Positions 61,950 to 64,000 of a stretch of DNA of 64,000 nt are shown here, piece by piece. The stretch covers positions 3,496 to 67,495 of the forward strand of contig JBEKOL010000014.1 in assembly GCA_049521775.1 (NCBI GenBank), read 5' to 3'. A program made the position numbers and the translations under genes. Under the pieces are notes generated by a model, which searched no databases, had not been told where the DNA came from, and was given only the letters and a program-made list of their open reading frames with translations. The stretch comes from Syntrophales bacterium (lineage in GTDB: Bacteria > Desulfobacterota > Syntrophia > Syntrophales > UBA2185). Position 1 is the first letter of the stretch. Each line of letters starts with the position of its first letter.

Positions 61950-63401
61950 ATGGCACACACTAATCCTGAGCGAACTGCCAAAGGGAGCGGATTGCGCCAT
62001 AAGATTATAGCTCTCGTACTGCTTATGTTGGCATGCGCGCTTGCCATTGCATTCCAGAGAATGGCAGAAGGTCACAGGGTCATCCCTGTGGAAACATATA
62101 TGCTTGCGCCTTTCGTCCTACTTCTGCTTGCTATAGCCATTGTGCCTTTTATAAGCAGCACCTGGTGGGGGAGGTATTACCCTCATGTTTCCTTCGTCCT
62201 TGCAGCAGTAGTTGTGGTCTATTATTTATTTTTCCTCAATAACGGCCCCAGATTGTGTGTCACCACACTGGACTATTTCAGTTTCATGGCTATTACGGGC
62301 TCGCTGTTCGTGGTGTCCGGTGGAATTCTTATAAGGATACCCGGGGGAGCGACGCCCCTATGTAACACATTGATGCTGCTCATCGGATCGACCATCACAG
62401 CCGTATTCAGCAACACCGGCGCATCAATGATCCTTATCAGGCCCTACCTTCGAATGAACAAGGGACGTCTCTCTGCATACCATGTCGTCTTCTTCATCTT
62501 TACCGTATCAAACATCGGAGGTCTCCTTACTCCTGTGGGTCCGCCCCTATTTCTCGGTTATTTGAAAGGAGTGCCTTTTTTCTGGGTAACTCTCCATTTG
62601 TGGTTCATATGGGTGTTGGAAACAGCCCTCGTCCTTGCCGTGTTTTATCTCATGGACAGGCACTTCTACAAGAAGACAAGGTATCTGAAAGAGCCCGTTA
62701 AGAAGCCGGTTAAAGAACGTTTTTCCGTGAAGGGTTGGCACCACAGCATTTTTATTGCGGTTATCCTGACGGCCGTGTTCCTGGAGACACCTGTCCGTGA
62801 AATAGTGATGATTGCGGCCGGTTTTTTGAGTTACATAGTGATGAAGGAAGAAATTCACAAAGAGAACGAATTCAACTTCATCCCCGTAAAGGAGGTCGGG
62901 ATCCTGTTCTTCGGCATATTTGCGACGATGGTGCCTGTCCTCGACTGGCTGGAGCTGAACGCCGGCAAGATCGGACTTACCGAGCCGGGCCAGTTCTACT
63001 GGGCATCGGGCATACTGTCCAGTTTTCTCGATAACGCCCCCACATACCTGAACTTCCTGAGCGCCGCCTGCGGTCTTCACGGCCTGAGTGTCGACAACGT
63101 CGCCCACGTGAAAGCCATGCTCGGACTCTTGCCCGTCGATGAACTGGCGAAGCTCCAAATAGCTGCCGACGCGCCGTGCCTACTCAACAATCTCTCATGG
63201 AAGTATGTGGCGGCAACGGCTGCAGGGTCGGCCACGTTCGGAGCGTGCACATACATAGGAAACGGTCCTAACTTTATGGTCAAGTCGATCGCAGAGCAGG
63301 CCAATGTAAAGATGCCAAGCTTCTTCGGCTACATGATCAAGTACTCGATCCCGATCCTAGTTCCGATTTTTACGCTCGTTTGGTACCTCTTCTATCACTA
63401 A
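61950..63401 (+). CDS. IT-superfamily transporter (putative Na+/H+ antiporter or citrate transporter type)
   Basis: SNIGGLLTPVGPPLFLGYLKGVPF, SSFLDNAPTYL, TYIGNGPNFMVKSIAE; GGAGG before ATG 61950. Confidence 0.85.
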   Translation: MAHTNPERTAKGSGLRHKIIALVLLMLACALAIAFQRMAEGHRVIPVETYMLAPFVLLLLAIAIVPFISSTWWGRYYPHVSFVLAAVVVVYYLFFLNNGPRLCVTTLDYFSFMAITGSLFVVSGGILIRIPGGATPLCNTLMLLIGSTITAVFSNTGASMILIRPYLRMNKGRLSAYHVVFFIFTVSNIGGLLTPVGPPLFLGYLKGVPFFWVTLHLWFIWVLETALVLAVFYLMDRHFYKKTRYLKEPVKKPVKERFSVKGWHHSIFIAVILTAVFLETPVREIVMIAAGFLSYIVMKEEIHKENEFNFIPVKEVGILFFGIFATMVPVLDWLELNAGKIGLTEPGQFYWASGILSSFLDNAPTYLNFLSAACGLHGLSVDNVAHVKAMLGLLPVDELAKLQIAADAPCLLNNLSWKYVAATAAGSATFGACTYIGNGPNFMVKSIAEQANVKMPSFFGYMIKYSIPILVPIFTLVWYLFYH

Positions 63402-63447
63402 TAGGTGCAGACAGCCACGTCTCAAAAGGCAGTATTTTGTCCCTCTC

Positions 63448-64000
63448 CTATCGAAATTGTTTCGGCACTTTATACAAGCCGCCTGACCATGCGACAAGAT
63501 CATCCATGGATCGGGCGGCAAGAACGGAAGTGTTCGCCTGAGCAACATCGATCCCCAGGTCTTCCGGCGTCTGAACGACCTTACGCCTTCTCAATTCTGC
63601 AGTCTCGTCTGCTTTTGCCGCCTTGCCGAGGTCTGTATCACCGGCAACAGCCTTTATGGCAGCTTCTCTCTCCGCGAGCGTGGCGCACTTGTGCAGATGG
63701 GCGATTCCTTTCTCGGAGACAATCTGCGTGACTGCATCGCCGTAAATCATGACGGGCGGCACTTTAAGGCCGGCCCGCTTCATCAGCTCCCAGGCGTCGA
63801 GTTTGTCAACAAAGCACTGTATGCCCTTCGGCCCGCGGGTCTCCAATATCTGGACAACAAGCTTGCGGCCACGGGGCATATCGCCGATAAGGCCTGCACG
63901 CATACCGCTCTCCTTTCCCACCTTGACCCATGCCTCGCTGGAATGGCGTCTGCCGGGCGAATCGCAGCCCATATTGGGTGCGCCGCCGAATCCGGCGATG
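63448..64000 (-). CDS. mdcA: Malonate decarboxylase alpha subunit, C-terminal part
   Basis: IAGFGGAPNMG.D..GRRH, RGRKLVVQ, PVMIYGD.VT.IVSE.GIA.L, DLV.WSGGLY..P..FR; 5' end lies outside the window. Confidence 0.92.
   Translation of the reverse strand, partial: IAGFGGAPNMGCDSPGRRHSSEAWVKVGKESGMRAGLIGDMPRGRKLVVQILETRGPKGIQCFVDKLDAWELMKRAGLKVPPVMIYGDAVTQIVSEKGIAHLHKCATLAEREAAIKAVAGDTDLGKAAKADETAELRRRKVVQTPEDLGIDVAQANTSVLAARSMDDLVAWSGGLYKVPKQFR

Overview
Core-chromosome window from a Gram-negative bacterium; protein sequences and gene order suggest Desulfobacterota/Syntrophales-like (inference). It holds about 50 intact genes and no recognisable rRNA, tRNA, CRISPR array, transposase, integrase or prophage. 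Left arm (mostly minus strand): DUF4301, a CHASE2 Ser/Thr kinase-PP2C-double FHA module, a TetR-TolC-MFP-RND pump, znuACB, sodB, ihfB, trpS-scpA-scpB-rluB, HU, nadK-recN-GNAT-mltA and a 4xPAS hybrid kinase. Centre (about 32.8-33.5 kb): an AT-rich non-coding tract with DnaA boxes in 12-bp register, an IHF-like site and a nearby parS-like palindrome. This is a candidate oriC with no dnaA gene in the window. Right arm: a split cell-wall recycling cluster (signal-less SpoIID, MurU, AmgK, tandem NDK, double GT2, DUF4922 HIT-type enzyme, M15 peptidase, signal-less DUF1460 amidase) interrupted by clpS-clpA-aat. It is followed by galE, a tartrate/D-malate dehydrogenase with a DASS antiporter, HU, and the 3' end of malonate decarboxylase mdcA. 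Four decayed genes were reconstructed by hand (radC, DUF2784, a Tat-flavoprotein/cytidylate-kinase-like chimera, an ihfB paralog). The best candidate for an undescribed system is a non-canonical cytoplasmic peptidoglycan-sugar recycling route coupling GT2/DUF4922/SpoIID/DUF1460 to AmgK-MurU. All family calls come from motif recognition by eye; no searches were run.
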